Below, piece after piece: positions 18,497-28,145 of a stretch of 64,000 bases of DNA. Source of the DNA: Candidatus Latescibacterota bacterium (GTDB lineage: Bacteria; Latescibacterota; UBA2968; UBA8231); NCBI GenBank assembly GCA_965200315.1, contig OZ241362.1:4960001-5024000 (forward strand). The letters are read 5' to 3'. Below the pieces are notes generated by a model. The model was given only the letters and a program-made list of their open reading frames with translations. It was not told where the DNA came from and ran no database searches. The translations under genes were made by a program, and so were the position numbers. Positions within the stretch are counted from its first letter, which is position 1; the number at the start of each line of letters is the position of its first letter.

Positions 18497-19602
18497 AGTC
18501 TGTGGAAAAAGGACGGGGCCTACTACTCGCTTTCAGGGGGCACACTGCCTACTGGTCCGCGGGGCCTACAGCGCCGGGCGAATTTTCTCTTTCGCTCGGA
18601 GGATCTCGAAACTTGGGAATACCTGCACCCTTTTGTCGAAGACGATCTATTTAGCATCAACGGCGACGACGGGGCCTGTCCGTATTTTTGGCCCATAGGC
18701 GACAAATACATGCTGCTGTACTACAGCCATCGCAACGGTGGTCAGTACCTGATTGGCGATTACGATCAAGCGCGAGACAAATTGATCGCCCGCGATTACG
18801 GCCGTTTCAACTTTGGTGCCTCTTGGCCCGGAGGAATACACGCACCATCGGCCACCCCTGACGGCAAAGGGGGATTGATTGCAATCTTTAATGTCAATTG
18901 GGGGATGCCGAGCCCGGGTTGGAGCGAGGAGGAACGCCAAGTCCGCCACTTTGGCTGTTGGGAAGGACAGCAGCTTATGAGTCTGCCCCGGCGCCTGAGC
19001 TTGGGTGCTGGTGGCGATGTACAGATTGAACCGGCTGGGGATATCGAATCGCTGCGCGGCAGCCATACGCAGATCGCCGACTGCACCATCAAGGGCAATA
19101 GCGAAACCGTTTTCGACCAAGTCGCCGGCAATGCTATCGCGCTGAACCTCGAGGTCGAGACCAACGGTGCGCCCTTGATCGAGTTGGATGTTTTGCGCTC
19201 ACCGGATCAGCAGGAATATACCCGGATTGCCTTTTACCGGGACCGCGGCGTCAAGCCCCTTGCGCCCGGTATCGGGGCCGGTACGCCGCCCAATAGTGAG
19301 GGCACCTACAGCCTAGTCTCCCTTGATTCTTCCCATGCATCGCTACAGCCTCAGGCGCGATCGCGGCCGCCAGAGATTGCCCCGGTGTTCTTGGCACCGG
19401 AGGAGAATCTCAAGATGCGGGTATTCGTCGACAAAAGCATTGTCGAAGTCTTTGTCAACAACAGGCAATGCCTCGCTGTCCGGGTGTATCCTAGCCGCCA
19501 AGACAGCGTCGGCGTGGCACTGCGGGCGGTGGCCGGGATGTGCGCTTGGTCGTTTTGGATGCCGCGGAGATGAAGAGTATCTATAGCCCAACGGATCAAT
19601 GA
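18497..19602 (+). pseudogene. Glycoside hydrolase family 32 (beta-fructofuranosidase-like), N-terminally truncated and frameshifted near the C-terminus
   Basis: GACPYFWPIGDKY, MSLPRRL, RVFVDKSIVEVFVN, RVYPSR are present, but no NDPNG or RDP motif. A shift at about 19528 restores GRDVRLVVLDAAEMKSIY..*. Confidence 0.7.
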
Positions 19603-19635
19603 CCTTGGGCGTTGGGCCTACCCCGAGTCCGCACC

Positions 19636-20361
19636 CTAATCCCAGCTCGGGATCGGGGTCTGCAGCGGATCGTCGATCCAGAGAAAGCGCCCGTTGACGT
19701 TGCTCTCGATGATGTCGAGCACGAGCCGGGCCGCTTTCTCCGGCGGATCCCCACCCGTTTGCTCCACCCACGCCACCCAGTCTTGGTAGCCGCTCTCGCT
19801 GACGGTGCCCATCTTGTCGCGGATATCGGCCCACATCGCGGTCTTGACGTCGCCGGGATGGATGACTTTCGCCGTGACGCCGGTCCCCTCCAACTCGGCG
19901 GCAAGATGGCGGGTGAACTGATTGAGCGCGACCTTCGCCGTGCCGTAGGCGCTGTTCAGCCGCCCGGGGGTGTGCAGCGACGCCGCAGACGAAAGGTTTA
20001 CGATCCGGCCCCAGCCTGCGTCCAGCATTCCGGCGAGGAAAGCGCGGGACACGAGATAGGGCCCCACCGCATCAATCATGAGCGTTTCGACCCATTCCTC
20101 GGGGTCGCTGTCCTGTACGAGGGCGATCGGGCCGAAGACCCCGGCGGCATTGATGAGAACGGTGGGCCGGCCGAGCTCGGCTTCAACCGCGGTTTTGAGG
20201 CGGTCAACAGCGGCCGGGTCCGAGACATCCGCTGTGAATTGCGCCGAGCGGCGTGCGACGGTTGCGACGGCAAGGCCGTGCGCCTTTAGCGCATTTGCGA
20301 TGGCCCGACCAACGCCGCGGCTGGCTCCGGTGACGACTGCGACGTGCCCTTCGAGGTTCAT
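19636..20361 (-). CDS. Short-chain dehydrogenase/reductase
   Basis: TGASRGVG, INAAG, YGTAK, VIHPG. Confidence 0.9.
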   Translation of the reverse strand: MNLEGHVAVVTGASRGVGRAIANALKAHGLAVATVARRSAQFTADVSDPAAVDRLKTAVEAELGRPTVLINAAGVFGPIALVQDSDPEEWVETLMIDAVGPYLVSRAFLAGMLDAGWGRIVNLSSAASLHTPGRLNSAYGTAKVALNQFTRHLAAELEGTGVTAKVIHPGDVKTAMWADIRDKMGTVSESGYQDWVAWVEQTGGDPPEKAARLVLDIIESNVNGRFLWIDDPLQTPIPSWD

Positions 20362-21176
20362 GGCCCGGCCTCGGCGGGCACCATGGGATTGTCCGAGTCA
20401 CTCAGGCGTTTCCGCTCGCTGCCCCAGTTGCCGGCGCTGCCGTTCCAGTAGCGGGTGTCGGTGGGGCTGTACGAGAAGAGGTAGGACCAGCGCGGCTTGT
20501 CGGTGGTGTTGGCCGGCCCCCCGTGGACGGTGTATCCGTGATGCACTGTGCAGTCGCCCGGCTGGTAGTGGAAGGGCGGCGAGAGCTCCAGCACGGAGGT
20601 CAGATTCGGGAACTGCTTGAGCAGGTCGCCTTGGTCGTCGTTGAACACCGAACCGAGCGGTCCTTCGCGATGGGAGCGGCTGACGAATCGCATGGCACCC
20701 ATCTCGGGTGGGACTTCCGCCAGTGCCAGCCAGAACTGGAGCTCGCCGACCCGGTCGGAGCCGTGCTCGGAAGAGTCTTGGTGATAGACGGCCCCGGCTG
20801 CTCCGGGGGGCTTGTTTTGGAGGATATCCACTCGGTAGCGGAGCGGAACGTCCTCGCCCTTGAACCGCTTCCTGTTCACGAGGCGCGTCGCGTTTTGTGC
20901 CATGCGCTCGCTGAACATGAATGAGCGAAACGGCTCGGCCTCTTGATGCCGAGATAGGCCGACGGCCGGCTTGCGAGGGCCAACCTCCTGACTGTTGCGA
21001 TCGACCCACTCCCGTCCGACGCGCAAAAGCTGTGCGGCAAACTCCGGCGCAACGAGCCGCGGCATCATAACCCAGCCGTATTCGTGGTAGAAGGCGATCT
21101 CCTCGTCTGTGACCTCTCGGACGACGGTCTCGATCTCGTGCTTTGTCAGTGCTTGTTCCATCACTCGGGCTCCCAT
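20358..21176 (-). CDS. PhyH-family Fe(II)/2OG dioxygenase
   Basis: EEIAFYHEYGWV, YHQD, FWLAL, GAMRF, GDCTVHHGYTVHGG..N..R. The start may be 21161. Confidence 0.82.
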   Translation of the reverse strand: MGARVMEQALTKHEIETVVREVTDEEIAFYHEYGWVMMPRLVAPEFAAQLLRVGREWVDRNSQEVGPRKPAVGLSRHQEAEPFRSFMFSERMAQNATRLVNRKRFKGEDVPLRYRVDILQNKPPGAAGAVYHQDSSEHGSDRVGELQFWLALAEVPPEMGAMRFVSRSHREGPLGSVFNDDQGDLLKQFPNLTSVLELSPPFHYQPGDCTVHHGYTVHGGPANTTDKPRWSYLFSYSPTDTRYWNGSAGNWGSERKRLSDSDNPMVPAEAGP

Positions 21177-21365
21177 TGTGCTACTGTGCGGATCGGAAGG
21201 ATAAGAAGTTTTTATGAACGCGTTGTCAAGGGGCCGCGCTCAGCGCGGAACAGTGTGTTCCCCTGCGCCGGCACAGGTGAAGTAGAGGCAGGACCGCTGC
21301 GAGAATCCCACGGCAATCAGGGCCTTGATGCCGTGGCCGCTCAAAGGAATCTACGCGGCCGCCGA

Positions 21366-22688
21366 TCATACTTGGTCGAGTGCGTCCTTGAGGCTTTGCT
21401 CGACGAGGTCGAAAAGCTCGTCAACTTGGGGCTTGTCGATGATGAGGGCGGGCACGACGGCGAACCAGCTCGGATCAACCCGCAGGATGACTCCGTTCTG
21501 CAGAGCCGTCTTCTTGAGCGCCCGGCCCAGCTCTGGGAACGGCTCGCGGCTCGACGTATCCTTCACCAGTTCAACCCCTCTCAGCAACCCCTTGCCCCGA
21601 ACCTCCCGCACGACGCCGAGCGATTTCAGGCCATCGAGCTTGGCGGCGAGGTAGTCGCCCATCTCGCGGGCATGGGCAGCGAGGCTGCGCTCCACGATCT
21701 CGTCAACCACGGCGATGCCGACCGCGCAGGCGAGTGGATGGCCTGCGTAGGTGTGCCCGTGGGCGAAGTTTTCGCCGGGTTCGTAGAAGTAATCCCCCAT
21801 CCCCTCGCGAGCCATTAGCGCTCCGAGGGGAATGGCGCCACTCGACAGCCCTTTGCTGCCGCAGATGATGTCGGGCGTCACCCCAAAGGTGTGGGCGGCA
21901 AACATCGCTCCCGTGCGCCCGAAGCCGGTGATGATCTCGTCGTAGATGAGCACGACGTCGTGGCGGTCGCAGATGTCGCGGATGATCTGGAAGTACTCGT
22001 CCGTGGGCGTGATGATACCCCCGGTGTTCGACACCGGTTCGAGGATGATGCCGGCCACCGTCGCCGGATCTTCACTGATGATGACATCCTCGAACTGCTG
22101 AGCCGCGAACCGGTTCGCCTCATCCCAGTCGCCGAAGCGATCTCGGTAGTGAGTTGGGGGGAATACTTTGAGGAAACCCGGCGGGGCCGGCTCGAATGGG
22201 GTTTTGCGCTCTCCCGTACCGCTGGCTGCCATGGCGCCCATGGTGGCGCCGTGGTAGGCTTGATAGCGGCTGATGAACTTGTACTTGTGGGGATGGCCCG
22301 ACTGCTTGAAATACTGGCGAGTGAACTTGATCGCCGCCTCCATAGACTCCGAGCCGCCGCTGAACGCTTTCACGTAGTTGAGGTCGCCGGGCGTGACGCT
22401 GCCGAGCTTCTCGACGAAATCGAGCGTCACGTCGGCCGTGCCGTGCATGGGCGGCGCAAAGGCGAGCTTGTCCCATTGGGCCCGCATGGCCTCTTCGATG
22501 CGCGGATGGCGGTGGCCGAGCAGGGTTGAGTAGATACCGCTGATGCCGTCGAAGTAGCGTTTCCCGTCCGCGTCCCAGTAGTAGAGCCCTTCCGCCCGCG
22601 ACACGATGAGCGGATTGTTCATGAACTCGGCCGTCGATTGGTAGTCGAGGAAGGTTCTTCTGAGCAGCTTCTCCTGTCGTGCGTCCAC
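21366..22688 (-). CDS. Class III PLP-dependent aminotransferase (omega-amino acid type)
   Basis: SGGSESMEAAIK, YHGATMG, ILEPV, DEIITGFGRTG, SKGLSSG, HGHTYAGHP. GTG start after GGAGGGAG. Confidence 0.9.
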   Translation of the reverse strand: MDARQEKLLRRTFLDYQSTAEFMNNPLIVSRAEGLYYWDADGKRYFDGISGIYSTLLGHRHPRIEEAMRAQWDKLAFAPPMHGTADVTLDFVEKLGSVTPGDLNYVKAFSGGSESMEAAIKFTRQYFKQSGHPHKYKFISRYQAYHGATMGAMAASGTGERKTPFEPAPPGFLKVFPPTHYRDRFGDWDEANRFAAQQFEDVIISEDPATVAGIILEPVSNTGGIITPTDEYFQIIRDICDRHDVVLIYDEIITGFGRTGAMFAAHTFGVTPDIICGSKGLSSGAIPLGALMAREGMGDYFYEPGENFAHGHTYAGHPLACAVGIAVVDEIVERSLAAHAREMGDYLAAKLDGLKSLGVVREVRGKGLLRGVELVKDTSSREPFPELGRALKKTALQNGVILRVDPSWFAVVPALIIDKPQVDELFDLVEQSLKDALDQV

Positions 22689-22858
22689 GTTTATTGCTCC
22701 CTCCCCGCCGCAACAGCGCAGGCGGATCGGAACGATAAGAAGCCTTTGCGGACGCGTTGTCAAGGCCGTATTGACAACATATCGGTAAGGGCGCTTTATC
22801 GTTCCTAATCCGCACCATGTGGATGGAGGTGTGAGGTTGAGACACTGACGGAGGAACC

Positions 22859-23488
22859 ATGAACCAGAAGAGTAATCCAGAACCGACGGCAGAGGCCGTC
22901 CCGATCGAGGGTTTTGAGAAGGCCGTTACTGAGCTGGCCGCGCACGAGGGCTGGCGCACCGGGTGTCCCCCGCAGTGGTATCCCACGCACTCCAATGCCT
23001 ACTATGTGGGCGTCACCGGCGGGAGTTTCACCGCGGTCTCTTGCATGGGCATGCTCAGCAGCGTCGATCATCTGAAGGCTGAAAACAATCGATACGGCAA
23101 CCCGTTTGGCACCGAAATCGCGCTATTCCGCACCAGTGACGGCGGTATGGCCCGGATGGCGGTTAGCTGGGATACGCCGGGTGTCGGCGGGGAGACGGGC
23201 CGGATTCGCACGGAGAAAAGTACCTTCTACGGCACGTTCCAGAATGACGGGCCGGACCCTGTGCCGGCAACATTCAAGCGCCCGCCTCTTCCTCCGGGGG
23301 TGGAGGCCGGCGCGCACGGCGGCTCCCACGGCTACCTGATGTGCGAGTTCGTCGATGCGCTCCTGCTGGACCGCCCGCCTCTCATCGACGTGGCCCAAGC
23401 ACTTAACATGACGGTCAGCGGCATCGTCGCGCACGAGTCGGCGCTGAAGGACGGCGAACTGCTGAAGATTCCGCAGTACGCCCTGTAG
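22859..23488 (+). pseudogene. Gfo/Idh/MocA oxidoreductase C-terminal half lacking the Rossmann domain
   Basis: WR.G.PPQWYPTHS, GAHGGSHGYLMCEFVDAL, ALNMTVSGIVAHESALKDGELLKIPQ. No GxG Rossmann N-terminus. Good RBS (ggagg). Confidence 0.6.
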
Positions 23489-23536
23489 GCTCCCATCGCG
23501 TTAGATCTGCTTCCGGCTGGCTACTTGAACCGATTT

Positions 23537-24880
23537 TCAACTGAGATACTGCTTGGCCTCTTTGCCCACTAGCTCGCGCAGATCGGGATCGTCAACGCAG
23601 AAGATGCGGAAAATTTTGGCTTGGTCTTCGAAGTTGTGCAGCAGCGAATCGCGCAGGCGGGAGACCTCTGGGTCGGCAAAGGTCCGGGGGTCGGTCTTGT
23701 CGGCGGGAAGTGTGCGGCCGTAGAAGACCCTCAGATCGACTTCCGGGGTCTTGTTGAAGCTGGGAATGTCGATGAGGATCTCGTGGCCTTGGAATGTGCG
23801 GCCGAGCCGCTGGCCGAAGACTTGGCACAGCTCGATTTCCTTGGCGCGGCGCTTGTAGGGATGGCGGAAGAGAAAGTCGAGGCGGTTCATCAGGGGCTGG
23901 GTGCGCTCGCTGGGGTGGATGACAGCAGCGACCTTGTAGAGGCGGCGGTGGATCGTGCCTTCGAGGAGCTGGGCGGAGGTTTCTAGCCCTAGGCGCTCCT
24001 GCTCGCGCTGGAGACGAGCGATTAGCCCACTCTCAGTGAGGCGGTGGAAGTCGGAGAGGTCGAGCTGGTTGTGCGGGCGGAGGAGGATTTCTTGCACTGC
24101 GCGCTTGAACATGGCCGATGCCGAGCGCACCCCGTGGTGCCAATACACGTTGCGGTACATTTGGTAATTGGTAAAGACGAGGGCTTCGACCGCGGAAACG
24201 CCCTTGCTGGTGATGGCCAGCCGCTGGCGCTCAGGATCGAACTTGATGGAGGCGATCAGGCGGTCGCGGTTGACGCTTTCGCCGAAGGGAACGCCGCAAA
24301 ACATGGAATCGCGCAGGAGGTAGTCGATTTTGTCGGGGTCGAGGGTGCTGCTGAGGATATTGGCCAAGAGCAGGTCCTCGGGAGGAATCGCGCGGCCGCT
24401 ATTTTCGTAGTCGATGACGTTGGCTACGCGCACTGGGTCAATCTGGAATTTATCGGCAATCGTCTGGTAGAGTTCGCCGTCTTGGTCTTCGATGATCTGC
24501 CGCGCGCCTTCTTCGTGCCGGACGAAAAAAGGCCTTAGTTCTTCGAGGGTATGCGAGAAGGGGTAGTGGCCGATGTCGTGGAGCAAGGTGGCGGCGATGA
24601 AGACGCGCACGTCCTCTGCGCTCAGCACGAGAGGCGGGGCCGAGTCGAGGAGGCGGGCCAAAAACTGCTTGGCCAAGTGATAGACGCCCAGCGAGTGCTC
24701 AAAGCGGGAGTGGCGCGCACCTGGATACACCAGATGCACGTAGCCGAGCTGGGAGATGTTGCGCAGGCGCTGGAAGGCCCGGGTATCGACGAGGGCGAGG
24801 ACGGGAGCGGGGAAGTGGATATAGCCCCAAACCGGGTCGCGGATGACCTTGCCTTCTTCGGCTAAAAGCGGATGATCCAT
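23537..24880 (-). CDS. HD-domain dNTP triphosphohydrolase-like protein (YwfO/SAMHD1-like)
   Basis: IRDPVWG, FQRLRNISQLG, HSRFEHSLGV, LLHDIGHYPFSH, DPDKIDYLLRDS, MYRNVYWH. Confidence 0.88.
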   Translation of the reverse strand: MDHPLLAEEGKVIRDPVWGYIHFPAPVLALVDTRAFQRLRNISQLGYVHLVYPGARHSRFEHSLGVYHLAKQFLARLLDSAPPLVLSAEDVRVFIAATLLHDIGHYPFSHTLEELRPFFVRHEEGARQIIEDQDGELYQTIADKFQIDPVRVANVIDYENSGRAIPPEDLLLANILSSTLDPDKIDYLLRDSMFCGVPFGESVNRDRLIASIKFDPERQRLAITSKGVSAVEALVFTNYQMYRNVYWHHGVRSASAMFKRAVQEILLRPHNQLDLSDFHRLTESGLIARLQREQERLGLETSAQLLEGTIHRRLYKVAAVIHPSERTQPLMNRLDFLFRHPYKRRAKEIELCQVFGQRLGRTFQGHEILIDIPSFNKTPEVDLRVFYGRTLPADKTDPRTFADPEVSRLRDSLLHNFEDQAKIFRIFCVDDPDLRELVGKEAKQYLS

Positions 24881-24890
24881 AGCATTGGCC

Positions 24891-24919
24891 AATCTATGAG
24901 GGGCGTGTTACCCTGTCAA
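24891..24919 (-). promoter_or_regulatory. Putative sigma-70 promoter of the HD gene
   Basis: Minus strand TTGACA-N17-TAGATT, ending about 10 nt before ATG 24880. Confidence 0.55.
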
Positions 24920-24982
24920 GAAATATGCGCCGAACTCGTTATGAAAGCGATACTTAGGGCATTTTGTTGCGCGGGCCGTCCA

Positions 24983-25011
24983 TTGACACAAAATCGATTG
25001 GCTCCTATCTT
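24983..25011 (+). promoter_or_regulatory. Putative sigma-70 promoter of the ndk-fab operon
   Basis: TTGACA-N17-TATCTT. Confidence 0.6.
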
Positions 25012-25042
25012 AAAAAATTTTGTTTGACTAAGGGACACACGT

Positions 25043-25444
25043 ATGGAACGCACGTTGATGATTATCAAGCCCGATGCGGTCGCCAAAAACGCCATCGGCC
25101 AGATTATTGCCCGCGTCGAGAGAGCGGGGTTTGTGGTGCGCGCCTTGCGCATGGTCGAGCTGTCTGCCGAGCAGGCGCGGGCCTTCTACGCCGTGCATCG
25201 GGAGCGCCCCTTTTACGGCGAGTTGGTGGAATTTATGACCTCCGGGCCAGCGGTGCCGATGGTGCTAGCGCGCGCCGATGCCGTAGCGCATCTGCGCGAT
25301 TTCATTGGCCCGACCAACAGCACAGAGGCCCCGGCGGGCACGATTCGCGGCGACTTTGGCACGGACGTGCAGTGCAATGCCGTCCACGCCTCGGACTCAG
25401 CGGCCAACGCCAAGTCCGAGATCGCGTTTTTCTTTGCCGGCTGA
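25043..25444 (+). CDS. ndk: Nucleoside diphosphate kinase
   Basis: MERTLMIIKPDAV, FMTSGP, GTIRGDF, NAVHASDS. Confidence 0.97.
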   Translation: MERTLMIIKPDAVAKNAIGQIIARVERAGFVVRALRMVELSAEQARAFYAVHRERPFYGELVEFMTSGPAVPMVLARADAVAHLRDFIGPTNSTEAPAGTIRGDFGTDVQCNAVHASDSAANAKSEIAFFFAG

Positions 25445-25452
25445 GCAATCCC

Positions 25453-25992
25453 ATGAGCGCCTTGCTAGTACTCGACGACCTCACAGAGGGCCCCAATGCG
25501 CTCGCCTTTGAACTGAGTGCAGAGGAACTGGAGCTAAAAGACGAATTTTTCACTTTTCCCTCCAGTGTTGAAGCCCGCATTGAAGTGCGGCGTGCGCTCG
25601 ACAATTTCAAAATTGATGGGGTCGTTACCTGCTGCATTACCGGCGAGTGTTATCGCTGTCTAGAGGAAGTACAAGAAGAGATCACAGCGCGGTTTCGCTT
25701 GCTTTTGCAGCGCCGCCAAGCTACCCCCGAAGAGTTGGCGTCGGCAGAAAAAGACGGGTTTATCGAGATCGTCGATCCGGGGACGCGCGAGGTTGATCTG
25801 TGCGCGTGCATCCGCGAGGCCGTGATCTTGGACTTGCCGATGCGCATACCCACCCCAGACGCCGATGGGCGGTGCCCGCACTGCGGAGTAGAAGGGATCG
25901 CCGACCCCACCTCCGAGCAGAAGCGAGAAGTGGACCCGCGTTGGGCTGCACTCGCGCTGATCGAATTTTCCCAACCCAAAGAAGGTTCTTGA
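25453..25992 (+). CDS. YceD/DUF177 family protein
   Basis: ECYRCL, IREAVILDLPM, CPHCG, DPRWAAL. Located upstream of rpmF. Confidence 0.88.
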   Translation: MSALLVLDDLTEGPNALAFELSAEELELKDEFFTFPSSVEARIEVRRALDNFKIDGVVTCCITGECYRCLEEVQEEITARFRLLLQRRQATPEELASAEKDGFIEIVDPGTREVDLCACIREAVILDLPMRIPTPDADGRCPHCGVEGIADPTSEQKREVDPRWAALALIEFSQPKEGS

Positions 25993-26004
25993 GAGGAGTT
26001 CCCC

Positions 26005-26187
26005 GTGGCTGCAGTACCTAAGAGGAGAATTTCACGCACCCGCCGCGACAAGCGGCGCACTCACTGGAAGATCAAGGCAGCGGCGAGGACTACTTGCTCC
26101 CACTGCGGACAGCCCGCCCTGCCCCACCGAGTCTGCCCGAGCTGCGGCTTCTATCGCGGCCGCGAATACGTCGAGCCTGAAGTATAA
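26005..26187 (+). CDS. rpmF: 50S ribosomal protein L32
   Basis: AVPKRRISRTRRDKRRTH, CSHCG, PHRVCPSCGFY. Confidence 0.97.
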   Translation: MAAVPKRRISRTRRDKRRTHWKIKAAARTTCSHCGQPALPHRVCPSCGFYRGREYVEPEV

Positions 26188-26209
26188 GCTGCTCGGGGCG
26201 GATGCTTCC

Positions 26210-27214
26210 GTGGCTGAAGGGAAAAAAAAATTTCGCGCGGCCATTACGGCAACTGCGCATTTCCTGCCCGACAAGGTGGTCTCCAATGCCGATCTGGAGC
26301 GGCTGGTAGATACCTCGGACGAGTGGATTCGCACGCGCACCGGCATTGCCGAGCGGCGCTTCCTGCCGGCGGACGAGCCGACTTCCACTATGGCTATCGC
26401 CGTGGCCCAAGAGCTATTGGCGCGCCGTGGAATTGATGCCTCCGACATCGACCTAATCATCGTCGCGACCATTACGCCAGACATGATTTTCCCGGCGACG
26501 GCCTGCTTGGTGCAACACGCTATCGGTGCTAGTGGGGTCTGGGCTTACGACCTGTCGGCGGCTTGCTCTGGCTTTGTCTTCGCCGTGGCGACTGGTGCGC
26601 AATTTATCGAAAGCGGTGTGCACCACCGGGTAATGGTCATTGGTGCCGACAAGATGAGCACCATCCTCGACTTTGAGGATCGCACGACTTGCGTACTCTT
26701 TGGCGACGGAGCGGGTGGGGTGTTGTTGGAGCGCGGCGAGGATGGGGCCGGGCTGATCGACTTCGAGCTATACGCCGACGGTGCCGCGGTCGAATGCCTG
26801 CATATCAAAGGTGGCGGCAGCCTGCATCCCCCTTCGCACGAGACCGTAGATCTGCGCATGCACTACATCCGCCAAGAGGGGCGCACGGTGTTCCGGTTCG
26901 CCGTAGAAAAGATGGCCGAAGTGTCGGTCAGTCTTCTGGTGCGCAACGGCTTTACGGGCGAAGACCTCAAGCTCTTCGTACCTCATCAAGCCAATAAGCG
27001 CATTATCGACGCTGCGGCCCAGCGCATGGGTCTCCCCCCGGAAAAAGTAATGATGAATATCGACCGCTACGCCAACACCACGGCCGCGACGATTCCCATT
27101 GCCTTGGCAGAAGCTGCTGATCAAGGCCGATTGGAGCGCGGCGACTTGGTGCTAATGACCGGCGTCGGCGGTGGCCTCACGTGGGGCAGCACCTTGTTTC
27201 GCTGGGGGCAATAA
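26210..27214 (+). CDS. fabH: Beta-ketoacyl-ACP synthase III
   Basis: DTSDEWIRTRTGI, AACSGF, FGDGAG, PHQAN, NTTAA. Confidence 0.96.
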   Translation: MAEGKKKFRAAITATAHFLPDKVVSNADLERLVDTSDEWIRTRTGIAERRFLPADEPTSTMAIAVAQELLARRGIDASDIDLIIVATITPDMIFPATACLVQHAIGASGVWAYDLSAACSGFVFAVATGAQFIESGVHHRVMVIGADKMSTILDFEDRTTCVLFGDGAGGVLLERGEDGAGLIDFELYADGAAVECLHIKGGGSLHPPSHETVDLRMHYIRQEGRTVFRFAVEKMAEVSVSLLVRNGFTGEDLKLFVPHQANKRIIDAAAQRMGLPPEKVMMNIDRYANTTAATIPIALAEAADQGRLERGDLVLMTGVGGGLTWGSTLFRWGQ

Positions 27215-27215
27215 G

Positions 27216-28145
27216 GTGGGCGAGTACGCCTTTTTGTTTCCGGGGCAGGGTTCGCAGGCCGTGGGCATGGCCCGCGACCTCTACGAGCAGCACGAGTCGG
27301 TGCGGGCGCGCTTTGCCGAGGCCGACGAGGTGCTGGGCTTTCCGCTCAGTGCGCTTTGCTTTGAGGGGCCGGCCGAGCGACTGGCGCAAACCAACGGCAC
27401 GCAGCCGGCCATCTTCGTCCACAGCGTCGTTGCCAACGAGTTGCTCGCCGCGGCTGGACTACAGCCTGTGGCCGTAGCTGGACACAGCCTCGGGGAATAC
27501 TCGGCGCTGGTAGCGGCCGGCGTGCTCTCCTTTGCCGAGGCCCTGACGCTCGTGGGGACGCGCGGCCGGTTGATGCAGGAAGCTGGCAACGAGCGGCCGG
27601 GGACGATGGGGGCGGTGATCGGTTTGGACGACGACCACGTCGTAGCCTTGTGCCAACAGGTAGCGGATGTGGGGGTCTCAGTAGCCGCCAATTTTAACGC
27701 TCCGGGCCAAGTCGTGGTCTCGGGTGAGCGGGCCGCAGTGGCACGAGTGAGCGAATTGGCGGCTCAAGCCGGCGCTCGGCGCGTCGTCGAATTGGCCGTC
27801 AGTGGGGCTTTTCACTCGCCGCTTATGGCCTCGGCGGCTGTGGAGATGGAGTCGCTGTTACAAGCGGTACCCTTTGCGCGGCCGCGCGTGCCGGTGCTGA
27901 CCAATGTCTCGGCTGCGCCCGTGGAAGACCCAGAAAAACTGCGGCTGCACCTAATCGATCAGATCACGAGTCCGGTTCGTTGGAGCGCGACCGTGCAGCG
28001 GCTGGCAGCTATGGGCATCAACCGCGCTTTTGAAGTAGGGCCGGGGGCCGTGCTAAAGGGACTGATGCGCCGCACCGAGCTCAAGCTCGCGGTCGCATTG
28101 GCGGGTACTGTGGAAGAAATCGTCGCGGCAAAAGGAGCGGAATAA
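27216..28145 (+). CDS. fabD: Malonyl-CoA:ACP transacylase
   Basis: FPGQGSQ, GHSLGEYSAL, SGAFHS. GTG start. Confidence 0.96.
   Translation: MGEYAFLFPGQGSQAVGMARDLYEQHESVRARFAEADEVLGFPLSALCFEGPAERLAQTNGTQPAIFVHSVVANELLAAAGLQPVAVAGHSLGEYSALVAAGVLSFAEALTLVGTRGRLMQEAGNERPGTMGAVIGLDDDHVVALCQQVADVGVSVAANFNAPGQVVVSGERAAVARVSELAAQAGARRVVELAVSGAFHSPLMASAAVEMESLLQAVPFARPRVPVLTNVSAAPVEDPEKLRLHLIDQITSPVRWSATVQRLAAMGINRAFEVGPGAVLKGLMRRTELKLAVALAGTVEEIVAAKGAE

Noticed and set aside
21236-21365. Several GC-rich hairpins between the aminotransferase and PhyH genes as an ncRNA
   Set aside because: No recognisable family motif. They could simply be a terminator or chance structure.
23537-24880. HD protein as an antiphage dGTPase
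   Set aside because: It has host-like composition, sits in a housekeeping neighbourhood, and matches the widespread YwfO-like HD family.
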